This document shows, piece by piece, positions 8,621 through 19,268 of a stretch of 64,000 bases of DNA. Position 1 is the stretch's first letter; each line of letters begins with the position of its first letter. The notes under the pieces were generated by a model. That model did no database searches. It had not been told where the DNA came from and saw only the letters and a list, made by a program, of their open reading frames with translations. The stretch lies in IMG/VR virus record IMGVR_UViG_3300035130_000143. One strand, given 5' to 3'. The DNA is from an uncultured virus (IMG/VR IMGVR_UViG_3300035130_000143) (lineage: Duplodnaviria; Heunggongvirae; Uroviricota; Caudoviricetes). The position numbers and the translations under genes were made by a program.

Positions 8621-8905
8621 TCAATCATTCTCCTTCGCTTCGTTTATTTGTACTGCCAGACTGCACAAATCTTCAAACGCCGCCTCTTGTAGCCACGCAA
8701 AAAGCGCCTGTAGCGCCTCGACCATCTCTGGCGTACAACCAAGCCGCTCTGCCATAATGACCCTCTCGTCTTGTGTACTCACTGAAACCCATTCCTCTTT
8801 CTCGTCATCCCAGTAGCCAAACTCGAAATCTTTTACCTGTGACTTTGCTACAGTTGTGGTTCTCGTTGTAATTTTCACTTTCAACTCTCCGTTATCATTC
8901 TCCAT
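8621..8905 (-). CDS. hypothetical acidic protein
   Basis: ORF coupled to the upstream gene. Confidence 0.55.
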   Translation of the reverse strand: MENDNGELKVKITTRTTTVAKSQVKDFEFGYWDDEKEEWVSVSTQDERVIMAERLGCTPEMVEALQALFAWLQEAAFEDLCSLAVQINEAKEND

Positions 8906-9668
8906 TAACGCCCGGCAAACGCGGCTGGGCATCGCTGCGCGCCTTCCTGGCTGTTTGCTCGGTTACTCCAAACCCCTCTGCAAAGACTTTCGGAAGCGGG
9001 GCAACTCCGTTGTTATAAACGCATTCATAAAGAATGCGCATTAGACCGCTGGCGCTCTTTAGCGCCTCATCTGACCGCAACCGCTCAAGCCGCGCCTGGT
9101 GCTTTGCGTTTTCTCCCCGCAACTGCTCAAGCTCAGCAACGTCACCCTGGGCGGCGAGCCGCTCTTTGGCGCTGCTGGCGCGTAGCTGCTCAAGTTGCGT
9201 CTTGAGTGCGTCATATTGCGCCAGCGGTACGTTTTGTTCCTGGTCGCTTTCACCCAACAGCGCCGCAACTAGAGCCAGGATAGGCAATAGGGCGGGCAGA
9301 CCAATCACACGAACATTTGTGATATTCACGGCATACTCATTCATCCACAGCGCGCCTGGCGCAACTTCTAGTATTTGCGCTTCGGTAACGGCAAAGAGCA
9401 ACTGAGTATAAATACTCGCCAGCGCCGGTACTGCCAGGCCAAAGCTTAGCGCCCAGGAATGGCGGTCTTTGAGCGAGAATCCACGCTGGCGTATTGAGTG
9501 CGCAAAGAGGATCATCAGCACATCTACGGCCAGGGCCGACAGCGCACCCCATACAAGCGAACCCTCTAGGCTGGCAAAGCCGACAGCGCTATGCCGAAAC
9601 GTAGCCAGCGAAATCAAGATGTACAGCATGAAAAACAACTGGCTTGGCGTGATTTTGATTTTATTCAT
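8895..9668 (-). CDS. multi-TM protein with coiled-coil C-terminus (DUF2637-like architecture)
   Basis: four hydrophobic helices then a coiled coil. Confidence 0.7.
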   Translation of the reverse strand: MNKIKITPSQLFFMLYILISLATFRHSAVGFASLEGSLVWGALSALAVDVLMILFAHSIRQRGFSLKDRHSWALSFGLAVPALASIYTQLLFAVTEAQILEVAPGALWMNEYAVNITNVRVIGLPALLPILALVAALLGESDQEQNVPLAQYDALKTQLEQLRASSAKERLAAQGDVAELEQLRGENAKHQARLERLRSDEALKSASGLMRILYECVYNNGVAPLPKVFAEGFGVTEQTARKARSDAQPRLPGVNGE

Positions 9669-10252
9669 TCCTCACCCTCATCTATCAACGCAAGCGCAAT
9701 TCCACAGAATTGCTCGTATGCCGCCAGCAAGTCTGCCGGGTCTGCCGCACAGTCCGCTGCCCAGTCCACTGCACGGCACGCCTCACGCTCCATCGCCCGG
9801 TATGCAGCTCGGTATGTTGCCCAGTCCGAGGCCCAGTCCGCAGCCCGGTACGCCCCTTGGTACGCCTCCCGGTATGCTGCCTGATATGCCGTCTGATACG
9901 CTTCCCGGCGCTCCTCTAATTCACCATCGCTAATTTCACCGGCGACCCAGGCGCGTTTGGCCTGAATTAACTCGTTGCGTCTGACGCGCTGGTCATCGTT
10001 AGCAATCTCACACGTTTCCGCCACACGGCAGGCAAGTTCGTGCTGCTCCGACTCAGACAGAAAACGCTGCAATGCCCAATACTTATCGTCCCACGGGACA
10101 TTCTCTAGCGCCATGATGTCCTGTGGCGTCCAGAATTCTTTGTCACCCATCAAGCGCCTGATGCGCGCGGGCGTATAGTTTTCGCCATCGTCGTCGCCGT
10201 AGAAACCACAAGGTTCCCAGGCGCATATTTGTTCAAAAGTTGCTCGTTTCAT
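9665..10252 (-). CDS. phage protein with tetrapeptide (AYxA/ADWA) repeats
   Basis: imperfect 12-nt tandem repeats ~9740-9905. Confidence 0.7.
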   Translation of the reverse strand: MKRATFEQICAWEPCGFYGDDDGENYTPARIRRLMGDKEFWTPQDIMALENVPWDDKYWALQRFLSESEQHELACRVAETCEIANDDQRVRRNELIQAKRAWVAGEISDGELEERREAYQTAYQAAYREAYQGAYRAADWASDWATYRAAYRAMEREACRAVDWAADCAADPADLLAAYEQFCGIALALIDEGEE

Positions 10253-10569
10253 TCCTCACCTCTCACCCTCTCTATCGCGGCCTGCGCCTTTGCCGTGGCC
10301 TCGGCCAACGCGTCACAGGCCCGCTCACGGTCATTGGCGTTCCCACGGTACAGCCGCTCTGACTTTAAGAGTAGCTCGCACACCTCAAACATTTCTGGCG
10401 CGGCGGCTACCAGGCGGGCGTTGGCTTTATTCTCTTGTGTTGAAAATGTACGTGGCAGTCGCGCTATGCAGTATTTATCTGGCACGCCATGAGCACGCAC
10501 TAATACAACAAATTGTTTTTTTCTCAAATCATACTCAATTATCCATGGTCCTGGCGTATGCTTATTCAT
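10249..10569 (-). CDS. conserved phage protein (HTPGPW...ANARLIAAAPE family)
   Basis: signature motifs. Confidence 0.75.
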   Translation of the reverse strand: MNKHTPGPWIIEYDLRKKQFVVLVRAHGVPDKYCIARLPRTFSTQENKANARLVAAAPEMFEVCELLLKSERLYRGNANDRERACDALAEATAKAQAAIERVRGEE

Positions 10570-11299
10570 TTTACACTCCACGCCAGACTGCAAACGCCCC
10601 AGGCCGCGAGCATCAACGGCACGCTCCAGATGTAACCGCCTATCATTGCCAGAACGCCACTGGCAACCTGCAAGGCCAACGACACTTGACGCCGCTCTTT
10701 TTTAGTCATTTCTCCACCTCTCCGCAATACCAACATGCCCAATGCCCGTTGAAAAACTGCCATAAGCGCATTTTCCCGCCGCACTGCCTGGACGTGCATT
10801 TTTGTGTCTCGACAGGCATCACTCTAGCCTTTGTCATTGCTCAACGCCTCACTGAATACCGACAGGTCAGGCGCGCTTTGCCCGGCGCGATAGCCAAGCA
10901 AAAAGAGCAGGCTTGCGGCTCCGGTAAAATTCTCCGGCTGGTCCATCTCGTAGGCCAGGACTATCACCGTCGCCATTGCACCGATGACATTACGGTGCTC
11001 ATCGAGTAGCCCTGAATGCGCCAGGTCGATATTGGTGTTCACCAGGGCCGCCAGATCAATGCCATTGTCTGCTAGAAATTTATCGAGCGCGTTCACCTTT
11101 TTGCTCCCACCAGTGTGTCCACTGGCCTCTCTGCAGTCGTTCCCTCGTCTCATGGTAAATCCACAAGAGAAGCTCGTCGCCTGCGCTCACCTGCTCCAGC
11201 AGTGTACAGATTAGCCGCGCTTTTTCTTCGTTGCTCATATCCGCCATGAGCCGCGCGGCGGCTTTCAAAACTGCTTCAATTTTGGTCATCGTCTCTTTC

Positions 11300-11641
11300 T
11301 CATTCCTCGTCACAGTTTGGACACGGGCGCGGCGCGAACTCGTTTAGAGGCTGCCGCAGGCAGTACACGTGATAAATTTGCTCTCTGGTTAGCTCGCTTT
11401 CATTTGGACCGGCGTGGTTGCCGCGTATAAGGTCATCTGGCGTATATCGATCGTGAGAGCTTGTCCCATAAATTGCCACGCGCTTCAGGCGGTCATCGAG
11501 GCCGCGCATTCCGTCATGCCCGTATTCCTGACGATAATACTCTTTGAATTCCTCGAGTGACATGCCCCAGGAGACAGGAGCGTCTACAACCGTAGACCAC
11601 TCAAGATAATATTCCTCTAGTTGCATTATGTATCTTGGCAT
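11300..11641 (-). CDS. hypothetical protein
   Basis: MPRYIMQLEEYYLEWSTVVDAP ORF with SD. Confidence 0.6.
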   Translation of the reverse strand: MPRYIMQLEEYYLEWSTVVDAPVSWGMSLEEFKEYYRQEYGHDGMRGLDDRLKRVAIYGTSSHDRYTPDDLIRGNHAGPNESELTREQIYHVYCLRQPLNEFAPRPCPNCDEE

Positions 11642-11924
11642 TGCTTTCTCCTTTCCCTCGGCGTCCAGCGCACCTCTACCTCGATGCGGCACTCTTTGTC
11701 CCACCCAAGCATTTCAAAAATATTCCCAAAATCGTGGGAGTAAAAAAAGTGTGTGCCGCCCTGCAAGCGGTCTTTGCCCTGGCCGGCGTGGTTAATGTAT
11801 GTCTCTACCAGCACGAGCGCAACGTTTCGCTGAATAGCTCCGTCTAAGTTTACTCTCATCGCTACTCCTCATTCCCGGCGGCCAGCGTAAGCCAGCCGCC
11901 GGGGGGTATCGCTGTCCTGGGCTG

Positions 11925-13361
11925 CTATGCGCCCAGGTCCTCGCCGCGCTCGTTGCGCCACTGCATAACGAGAGCCTGATTCTCAAAGAGCAGTTGGGCG
12001 TAGCCTTTGAGTTCCTTGCTGTACCTGTCGCCTTGGGCGTTGGCGACCCGTCCCCATACCAGGCGGTCGAATTTGTGCAACGGGTCGCCGCTGGGGCCAA
12101 CCGCCAGCATGGCGGTCTCGATGTCGTCCAGGGTGGGACCGCATTGTTGCTCCGGCGCTTCGCCTTGCTCTAACTCGTCAAAGTCGGCATTCTCCCAGAC
12201 TGGCGCGTCATCTTCGTCAAACTCAACGCTTTCGACCTGCGCATCCTGGGCCGGGGCTGCCAATTGCGCCACGGGCGGCGCTCCTGGCAAAGCCCGCGCT
12301 GACATATCTTCGAACATAGCGCGCACATAATCAGGGTGCGTTTCCAGGCTCAGGAGATATTTTTCGCGCCGCGCCCGCTTTCCACCCTCGCCGCTGGGAG
12401 TTGAAATGCTCTCGGCCCTCAATTCCAGCACGAACGGAATACCCTGCAGGCGCCCAATGCACTCTTGATACCAGCGCATTTGCCCAGTCAGATTGATAAT
12501 GTTGTGAATGCTTCCCGTCGCCACCTGGTAGTACGCCAGACGTCCCATTTCCGGAATAATGACAATGAGCAGGGCGCGGGGGCGACAGTTCTTGCACCGA
12601 CCATAGCTGTGATCCAGGCCGGGACAAGCCACGGGGTCGCCCTGGGTAATCTTGACGCCGCCGCTCAAGCCGTTGCTGATCTGCGCCACGCCGTTCCTGA
12701 CCAGCACCTCTCCTGTGTTGGGGTTGATGGCATAGTCAATCAACTCGCCGTTGCCCTGGCATACGAGGCCGCCCGCCGACCAGAGTTGATGCCACGCGGG
12801 GAAATTGCGGTCAATCTCATCAAACGGCAAGAGTACGTTCAACCTGGTCGGCTTGTCGCCGTAAATATCAATCAAATCTGGCGCATCCCTGAGCACAAAA
12901 TAGTCGGTCGCGGCAGGGTACTCTTTGCCCGTGCGCGCGCTCGTCTTTTTTATTCCCAGGCGAATGATACCGGCGCGCTTGAGCCGCGCCGTTGCTCTTT
13001 TCTGCAAATCCAAGATAGGCATAATTTTGCTCCTTTTTAGTCCCTCGGCGGCGTCTATTGCGTCCGCCTCTTGTTTGGCTACAATATAGTCACGTTTGGC
13101 TTTTGGAATAGCTCTGCCAAGCTTCGCTACATCGTGGCCCTCGCCCGCGCATAAAATTCTTAGTTTCCCGTCCACCACGCGGGGGTTGATGTCGGCATAG
13201 CATTCTGGACAAGCAAAGTTCACTTGCAACTCGCTCAGGCGCATGGCTTTGCCGTTGACAGCATAATGCCCGTGAGGCAACCCGCGCCCGTCGCTGGCAG
13301 TGGCGGGACAGCGAATACACTCACTGCGCCCATTACGGTATGTCCAGAGATGATTGCACAT
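11925..13361 (-). CDS. Gp3-like/recombination-directionality-factor-like protein (internal SD+ATG at 13022) in frame with an upstream Zn-ribbon segment
   Basis: GIIRLGIKK...YPAATDYF...LVCQGNGE...CPG..C..C.PRALL...T.S..NI..L...LQGIPFVL pattern. Confidence 0.7.
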   Translation of the reverse strand: MCNHLWTYRNGRSECIRCPATASDGRGLPHGHYAVNGKAMRLSELQVNFACPECYADINPRVVDGKLRILCAGEGHDVAKLGRAIPKAKRDYIVAKQEADAIDAAEGLKRSKIMPILDLQKRATARLKRAGIIRLGIKKTSARTGKEYPAATDYFVLRDAPDLIDIYGDKPTRLNVLLPFDEIDRNFPAWHQLWSAGGLVCQGNGELIDYAINPNTGEVLVRNGVAQISNGLSGGVKITQGDPVACPGLDHSYGRCKNCRPRALLIVIIPEMGRLAYYQVATGSIHNIINLTGQMRWYQECIGRLQGIPFVLELRAESISTPSGEGGKRARREKYLLSLETHPDYVRAMFEDMSARALPGAPPVAQLAAPAQDAQVESVEFDEDDAPVWENADFDELEQGEAPEQQCGPTLDDIETAMLAVGPSGDPLHKFDRLVWGRVANAQGDRYSKELKGYAQLLFENQALVMQWRNERGEDLGA

Positions 13362-13479
13362 TAGTATTCACCATCGAAGACAATGTGCGCGGCATGGACA
13401 AGCTCAGGCACGACCACGATTGAATTAAAGTTGCCTAGATTGAACTTGCGCCCATACTTGAATGTTATCTTTTCCACTT

Positions 13480-14184
13480 TCATTCTAGCCACCCCGAAAA
13501 CTTTTCACGCGGCCACGGGTCATCCATCCGGGATGTATCGGGCAGCGGCAACTCCAAACACTCCCGCACCGTCAAAAGCCCGTGCTCTAGCCGATGAGTT
13601 GAGATATGCCCGCGCTTTGTCTGCCAGCGCAAAACACCGCCCTCTAGCGCCCGGACAATGCCCAGCGTAACGCGGGCGTCCTGACGCACGTACTCTATGA
13701 CCTGGCGCTGCTGGTCAATGTCGCCCGTTTCCCACATTTCCACGGCCTTAGCGCCTGACATGTCTTTCGTCTTGCGCTCGCTCAGTTTCAGGCCCGCGGC
13801 CAGGGCGTCGAGCCCAACCATAAAGCCCCGCTCACAAAGCATCTGGAAGGCAGGGTCATAATGGCCCAAGGCCAGGTCGCGCAGATTGTTGTACATTTCC
13901 AGCGATTCAACGCTGGCGGCCAAGACGGGAAAGTCAAAGCCCAGGCCATTGATTGTGGCGATTTTGTAGCCATCTGCGGCATCCCTGCACAATGATTCAA
14001 CAAAACTTTCTATCTGGGCGCTGCTCATTTGGGAAGCATAGTTGTCACCGCCATACGTAAATGCAGGTAGATGAAAAACGAGCTCGTCCATTGCCCAGGC
14101 CAGACACGTCACGTCTAGGTCGCGGCGCGTGTCGTCGCCGTCCGGCCACGCCTGAGTCTCAATGTCAAAGGCTAACCATTTCAT
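13480..14184 (-). CDS. RNase H-like (DEDD) 3'-5' exonuclease
   Basis: AFDIET, TINGLGFDFPVL, IEYVRQDARVT. Confidence 0.85.
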   Translation of the reverse strand: MKWLAFDIETQAWPDGDDTRRDLDVTCLAWAMDELVFHLPAFTYGGDNYASQMSSAQIESFVESLCRDAADGYKIATINGLGFDFPVLAASVESLEMYNNLRDLALGHYDPAFQMLCERGFMVGLDALAAGLKLSERKTKDMSGAKAVEMWETGDIDQQRQVIEYVRQDARVTLGIVRALEGGVLRWQTKRGHISTHRLEHGLLTVRECLELPLPDTSRMDDPWPREKFSGWLE

Positions 14185-14885
14185 TGTAAAACTCCTTGTG
14201 TTTTCTCGTCACCAGCGCGTTGGAATTGCGCATTGTTACTCGTTCCCGTCATACACTACATGTACAGCCGGGGACATGGGTATTTCACGTATAGTATAAA
14301 AGTTGTTACTACGCCGATTGCCATTCTCGTCCAGGTGTCTGGGATGCGAAAACTCATGCTCCAACATTTCATACAAGAGCTTTCTGGCTTCCTGCTCATT
14401 ATGCGCGATGATTACTGAGGCGCCGGGGTTCCAGCGGCCCTGGTGGTCGTCACAAATAAAAACTTTCAATTTACCCATGATAAAACTCCTTGTGCTTTCT
14501 CTGCGCGGCTGCGAGCCACGCCGCCGCCGTGAACGTCTCGCCATTCAATGGCGCGTCACAAAAGCGCACCCATTCCCGCACGTAGCCCTCGACAAGATGC
14601 GGGCTGTTCTCCGGCCTGCGCTCCTCGAATCCCATCGAGCGCCAGAACGCAGCGGCGCGTTTGTTGGCGCGCCGACTAATCCAGGGCGACGGAACAACCA
14701 CCACGACCCCGCGCCGCTCCACGATTCCAGCCCCGCCGTCTATCTTGCGCCCAGGGGGGCACGGGCTGGGGGCTTCGTCAGCCGTGATAGTGCAGTCGTC
14801 GAGCTCCAGGTACGGCTTGCTCTTTCTCCACGCCTGACGGGCCTGCGCGTAATGAACGGCGCGGCTGGTGCGGTACTTTGCGGCG

Positions 14886-15107
14886 CTAGTCTGAATCATG
14901 CTCATCCGTCCAATTGTCCAGCGTCTCGTTTCGCTGCGCCGCGCAGAACTCGTCAAGCGTGGCGTGACCCGCTTCCAATACAGTAGTACCAATTTTCAGC
15001 GCCCTTAGCAGGGTGTTTTTCAGCTTGCCGCCGTCACCCGCATCAACAGCCAGCACGGCCAGCCGCTTGCGCAAATCATTGGGCAACTCTACGCTATAAT
15101 TACTCAT
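14886..15107 (-). CDS. small putative RHH-like regulator
   Basis: YSVELPNDLRKRL; promoter-like TTGACT-17-TAGTAT upstream. Confidence 0.5.
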   Translation of the reverse strand: MSNYSVELPNDLRKRLAVLAVDAGDGGKLKNTLLRALKIGTTVLEAGHATLDEFCAAQRNETLDNWTDEHDSD

Positions 15108-15194
15108 TGCGCCTCCTGTTAACTAAATTACTAATACATAGAAATACTACCATACTATCAAGGAAAAGTCAAGCAATTGGTGAAATCTTTAAGG

Positions 15195-15671
15195 TTACTC
15201 GTAGAGAATAGTAGCCATCACGTCATCTTCGACAAGTCCGCACTTGCGCTCAATTTTGCGCAGGGCGGCCTTGACGCCGGGGGCATCGGGGAGTGTGTCC
15301 AGTTCGGCGCGGATGTAGTCGTCGGGCCAGCCAAACCAGGATAGAATCCAGCGCAGGCGGTTTGTAGTCATGACGGGTGCATAGCGCCATCGCCTATGCC
15401 AGTCGAGCTCGTCCGGGGTAAGGGTATCTTGCCAGCGGGGATCATTGGATGGAATTATCCAGTCGTTGCATTTTAGTTCCACTAAGAGCAGTCGCCACAT
15501 GCCGCCGGGGTGGTCGCCGCTCACTATCAGGTCCGGCACGCCGCCGCCGCATTCGTGAATCGGCTGGACCAAAAAATTCAGCGCGCGCAAGCCGGCCACG
15601 GCTAGCGGCTGGTTGCGGTCAATTTTTGCTTTTTTCATTTTCCGGGTCTCCATTTTAGCGACTTTATCCAC
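15195..15671 (-). CDS. PD-(D/E)XK nuclease (VRR-NUC/resolvase-like)
   Basis: GVPDLIV...LLVELK...LTPDELDWH. Confidence 0.75.
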   Translation of the reverse strand: MDKVAKMETRKMKKAKIDRNQPLAVAGLRALNFLVQPIHECGGGVPDLIVSGDHPGGMWRLLLVELKCNDWIIPSNDPRWQDTLTPDELDWHRRWRYAPVMTTNRLRWILSWFGWPDDYIRAELDTLPDAPGVKAALRKIERKCGLVEDDVMATILYE

Positions 15672-16255
15672 AAATCAAAGCCCTCGATTCTTTCCGCCCT
15701 CTCTGCCGCTTCCTTGGCCCGCTCGTCCATCTCGGTCCAGGCATACGGCGTCCAGCGCGCCAGCGCCAGGCGCGGGGCCTCGTATTCCTCGATACGGACC
15801 GCCTTGGCGATTCCCTTGCAGTTGGGATAGTTGGCGCAACCGTAAAACTCGCCGTACTTGCCCGCGCGCTTGACGACGGGACCGCCGCACGCCGGGCATA
15901 CGCGCACCTCGCGCCGCCGCGTGATAGTCTCGCCCGTCTCCACCCACTTGAGCCAGACGTCGCACAGCGGGCACAGATGCGTGAATGCCCCTGGCGCTCC
16001 ATAGTGGTAGCGACCGCCGCAGGCAGGACATGTGACGTTGGGGCGTCCCGTGGTCCAGTCGGTTTCAGCGGGGGGCCAGGGGCGCGGGGGCAGGCCGGCT
16101 TTTTGCCACGCTCTGTCGTCGTTGCGCCGCATTGCTCGCCCGGCGGCGCTGTTGCGCTCGATCTCGTTGGCCGCCAGGCGCGCGGCGTGGCAGTCCTCGC
16201 AGTAGAGCGCGCCGGGGAACGGGCGGGTGGGGGCGCGGCAGTCTAGGCAGAGCAT
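15635..16255 (-). CDS. multi-zinc-finger protein with a topoisomerase C4 zinc ribbon
   Basis: CPACGGPVVKRAGKYGEFYGCANYPNCK. Confidence 0.8.
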   Translation of the reverse strand: MLCLDCRAPTRPFPGALYCEDCHAARLAANEIERNSAAGRAMRRNDDRAWQKAGLPPRPWPPAETDWTTGRPNVTCPACGGRYHYGAPGAFTHLCPLCDVWLKWVETGETITRRREVRVCPACGGPVVKRAGKYGEFYGCANYPNCKGIAKAVRIEEYEAPRLALARWTPYAWTEMDERAKEAAERAERIEGFDLWIKSLKWRPGK

Positions 16256-16482
16256 TGATTACTTTCCAGCCATTGCGCCAGCACTGTTACCAATTCAGTA
16301 CGGGCAACCTTGCGCGCCGCGTAACGAACCAGGGCCGCTACTGTCTTGTCGTGCTCTGCAAGCGCATCTAGTTTTGCTTCTTGGTCCGGCGCTTTGTCCA
16401 GGCACTCTATTAAAATGTTGTGCAATTCTATGCGCTGCTGAATGAACCACATGCGCCATTGGTCGGGAGTCATGGAGTCTCC

Positions 16483-17139
16483 TTAAAACGGTATACCGTT
16501 GCCATCTTCCCATTTGATCTGACATTCATCGGAGCAATACATCAGGGAAGACTGTTCTCCATGAGACAAAAAGCGCAGGTCACACTGAGCGCAACGCGCC
16601 AAATGGGGCCAGCGGTTTCTGATCCACCAGGCAAGGCGCATCAATGGTAAGCGTCGCCCATATCGCTGGCGCTTTATTTCCTGGTCTATTTCATCCTGGG
16701 GGCATTCCTGGCCGTATCTCCAGCCCCACGTTTTGCCGCCGACGTGAACCAGGTAGTCGCCATAGCTGAATTCGTAGGCATAGTCACACTCGGAACACCA
16801 TTGGCATACTTCCCCGGGGCCGTACTCATTAGCATGGTCGCGCGCTTTTAATTTTGTGTCACATACTGGACAGTTCATGATTTCACTCCTCATAATTCCC
16901 AAAACACCTGTATCGTAATCGCTTTTGCACCGATCTGAACACAAAACAGCATTGTCCAATTTTTTTCCACACTGAATGCAAAATCCTGCACGGGCAATTT
17001 GCTCCATTTTATCCAGGCGTCGCTCCGCAATTTCGTAATAATTACCCGTGACGCCAATTTTTTGATCATCGCGCAGCAGGTCAGCGGTCCAGTACGTTCC
17101 AAGCTCATCTGTATGCCAGGTGACATTCTTGATTTTCAT
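16483..17139 (-). CDS. Cys-rich multi-zinc-finger protein
   Basis: several CxxC...CSxxC motifs. Confidence 0.6.
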   Translation of the reverse strand: MKIKNVTWHTDELGTYWTADLLRDDQKIGVTGNYYEIAERRLDKMEQIARAGFCIQCGKKLDNAVLCSDRCKSDYDTGVLGIMRSEIMNCPVCDTKLKARDHANEYGPGEVCQWCSECDYAYEFSYGDYLVHVGGKTWGWRYGQECPQDEIDQEIKRQRYGRRLPLMRLAWWIRNRWPHLARCAQCDLRFLSHGEQSSLMYCSDECQIKWEDGNGIPF

Positions 17140-17783
17140 GATCTCTCCTCAAAATTCAAACTTGTGAATTTGCCGTGTAATTCACGCGCGGCCTTGTCGT
17201 GGGCGCGGGTGGGGCGGCGACAGTCTAGGCAAGGGGGCATGCTAATCCTTTGTTGCGGCGGTTGCGGCGGTTGTCATCCACTATACAGGATGCAGGAAAA
17301 TACCAAATCTTGTTCCCGTCGCATTCCTGCTCAAGCTCCACCTCGTATGGGTAATATTGACTTATAATTGTATCTGTGATTGTTCCTGGCATCCAGTTCG
17401 GGGCGTCTTTCGTGCCACAATTGGCAAGAATGGTCTGTCCTTTGACGTAATACCTCATGGATTTCTCCTTAATGCGTGTAGCTGGCGGCGGCAGTCCAGG
17501 CAGAGCATTATTAGCCAGTATACTCATGTCCGCAGACGTACCGATAAACGCCAGCGCCAAGCGATTCAAAAGTCATCAGATGAGTTAGCAGCGGATGCGT
17601 GGGCGGATCATCCGCACGCCGAACGTGCGTCGTGCAATATTCACGGATCTCTACCTGTGTTCGCTGGCCGGTCGTGTCTTTGACATGGTACTCGTTAATG
17701 GTTGGACCATATTGTTTGGCCTGACCACTCTGAATACACTTGACTTCGTAGCCATTTTCTGTGTGGTTCATTTTATTTTCCTT

Positions 17784-18473
17784 TCACGGCGTCTCGCCAT
17801 GCTCAAAGCGGGCGGAGCGGGCCACTTTTGCAATTAGCTCTCCCGCTCTTGTCCAGTTAAGTTTTACCAGTTGCAAGTTGTTTTCTTTGAAATAGCGCGG
17901 CATGTCTTCTACCCCAATAGAAAAAACGTGCTTGTGTGTAATCTCGCCTGCAACAAAATACAAGTTGTAAAAACCCCCTTGCGAGTCACTGCACCATTTT
18001 TCATTGTGTGCATTGCGGGCCTTGCTTCCCAGCCACCAAACACAGCTAATACCATGATCCGCGTAGCTCAAGGTGCGCTCTTTCAGGTCGCCCAAGGTGA
18101 TACTTGACAGTTGTATTTCGTGCGCTGTTTGCTTTCCGCTGTCCTCTGTTAATAAAACGTCAGCTATGCGCCCCGCCTTTCTATTCATCACCTCAAGTTC
18201 CACTGTTGCACCAGAGTATTCTTGCTGCAAAAACTCCATTACATAACGCTTGGCATCCATGTGATTTTCGCTTTCGCCACGACTTTTGCACATACTATCA
18301 GGATTAGCATAGTGGCAAAAGTGCGGACGCTTTATCTCTCCAGCTTTGATATACAGAGATTCGCCGCACTCTTGGCATACCAGGGCATCTTTGTCTATCT
18401 GCTCTTTTGGCTTGTCAAAGTGCAAAATACAAATACGTTTTTGGGTGTGGCGATCAAGGGCGACGAATGGCAT
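17784..18473 (-). CDS. CoiA-like nuclease
   Basis: CQECGE...KRPHFCH...ESENH..AK; RIADV...AHEIQLS. Confidence 0.85.
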   Translation of the reverse strand: MPFVALDRHTQKRICILHFDKPKEQIDKDALVCQECGESLYIKAGEIKRPHFCHYANPDSMCKSRGESENHMDAKRYVMEFLQQEYSGATVELEVMNRKAGRIADVLLTEDSGKQTAHEIQLSSITLGDLKERTLSYADHGISCVWWLGSKARNAHNEKWCSDSQGGFYNLYFVAGEITHKHVFSIGVEDMPRYFKENNLQLVKLNWTRAGELIAKVARSARFEHGETP

Positions 18474-19102
18474 TAAAGTAGTTTCCCCTGGCTAGCGCCC
18501 CCGGTGTACTTGATAAGTGTTATCCCCTGACTTGCTAGCGGCTCCTTAAAGCAGTCGTCGGGGCAGACGACGATCCATCTGCACTCACAATATGGAATAT
18601 GTGTTTGATACGTGCGTATCTGCCGCACAAGTTCGCCCATGGATGGTATCTTTGTCTTGATTTCGATACAAAAAGTCAACTGCCAATTAGAAAAAACTGA
18701 CCATTCCTCGTCACGCTCACTATAGTGATATTCGTAATTGCCCCAGGCTTGAACGAGCATATCAATAAAGCCAATCATGTACTTGCTTTTTCCAGAGGTG
18801 ATAGGATACTCCCATGTGATCTTGATTTGCTCTCGCGCTTCTGGAATATCAGCCATATCTGAGAGTTGAGCGTCAATCCAGAAATTTTTGAGACGCCAGT
18901 CCCGTTGCGCCTGCCACTGCTGTCGCTCAAATTCAGCCAGGGAAGCCTTCTGGGGTGTCCATAAGTCATTATCAAGCAAAAAACGTGCCATATTGGCGTC
19001 TAGCCACAGCATCATTTCGTCGTGCTTGGGAGTTTTCAAATCTCCATCTCTAAAGCCTAATTTTTGTTGTAGCGTTGACGCTTTTGGGGTCGCCATGTTC
19101 AT
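18473..19102 (-). CDS. putative PD-(D/E)XK nuclease
   Basis: GFIDML...IEIKT...RQIRTY. Confidence 0.65.
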   Translation of the reverse strand: MNMATPKASTLQQKLGFRDGDLKTPKHDEMMLWLDANMARFLLDNDLWTPQKASLAEFERQQWQAQRDWRLKNFWIDAQLSDMADIPEAREQIKITWEYPITSGKSKYMIGFIDMLVQAWGNYEYHYSERDEEWSVFSNWQLTFCIEIKTKIPSMGELVRQIRTYQTHIPYCECRWIVVCPDDCFKEPLASQGITLIKYTGGASQGKLL

Positions 19103-19235
19103 TCTCCTAGAAATACAAAAGCCCCTCGCGTCGCGGTGTCTAGTCGCAGTCCGGGCCGTTGCCTGGTAAACGCTTGGGGCTTGTTGCCAAAATAAAAACG
19201 GCTCCGATCTGACTGCTCATTGACTAGACGCATAT

Positions 19236-19264
19236 ACTATACACTATCTTGATCTGCCTGTCAA
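19236..19264 (-). promoter_or_regulatory. sigma70 promoter TTGACA-17-TATAGT followed by a structured leader
   Basis: near-consensus hexamers. Confidence 0.75.
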
Positions 19265-19268
19265 TACC

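Noticed and set aside
9740..9905. 12-nt tandem repeats as a regulatory array or DGR
   Set aside because: In-frame low-complexity coding repeat common in phage proteins; no reverse transcriptase in the window
12756..12766. 11-nt match (CTGGCATACGA) to the 22595-22626 spacer
   Set aside because: Too short to call self-targeting; no longer protospacer was noticed by eye
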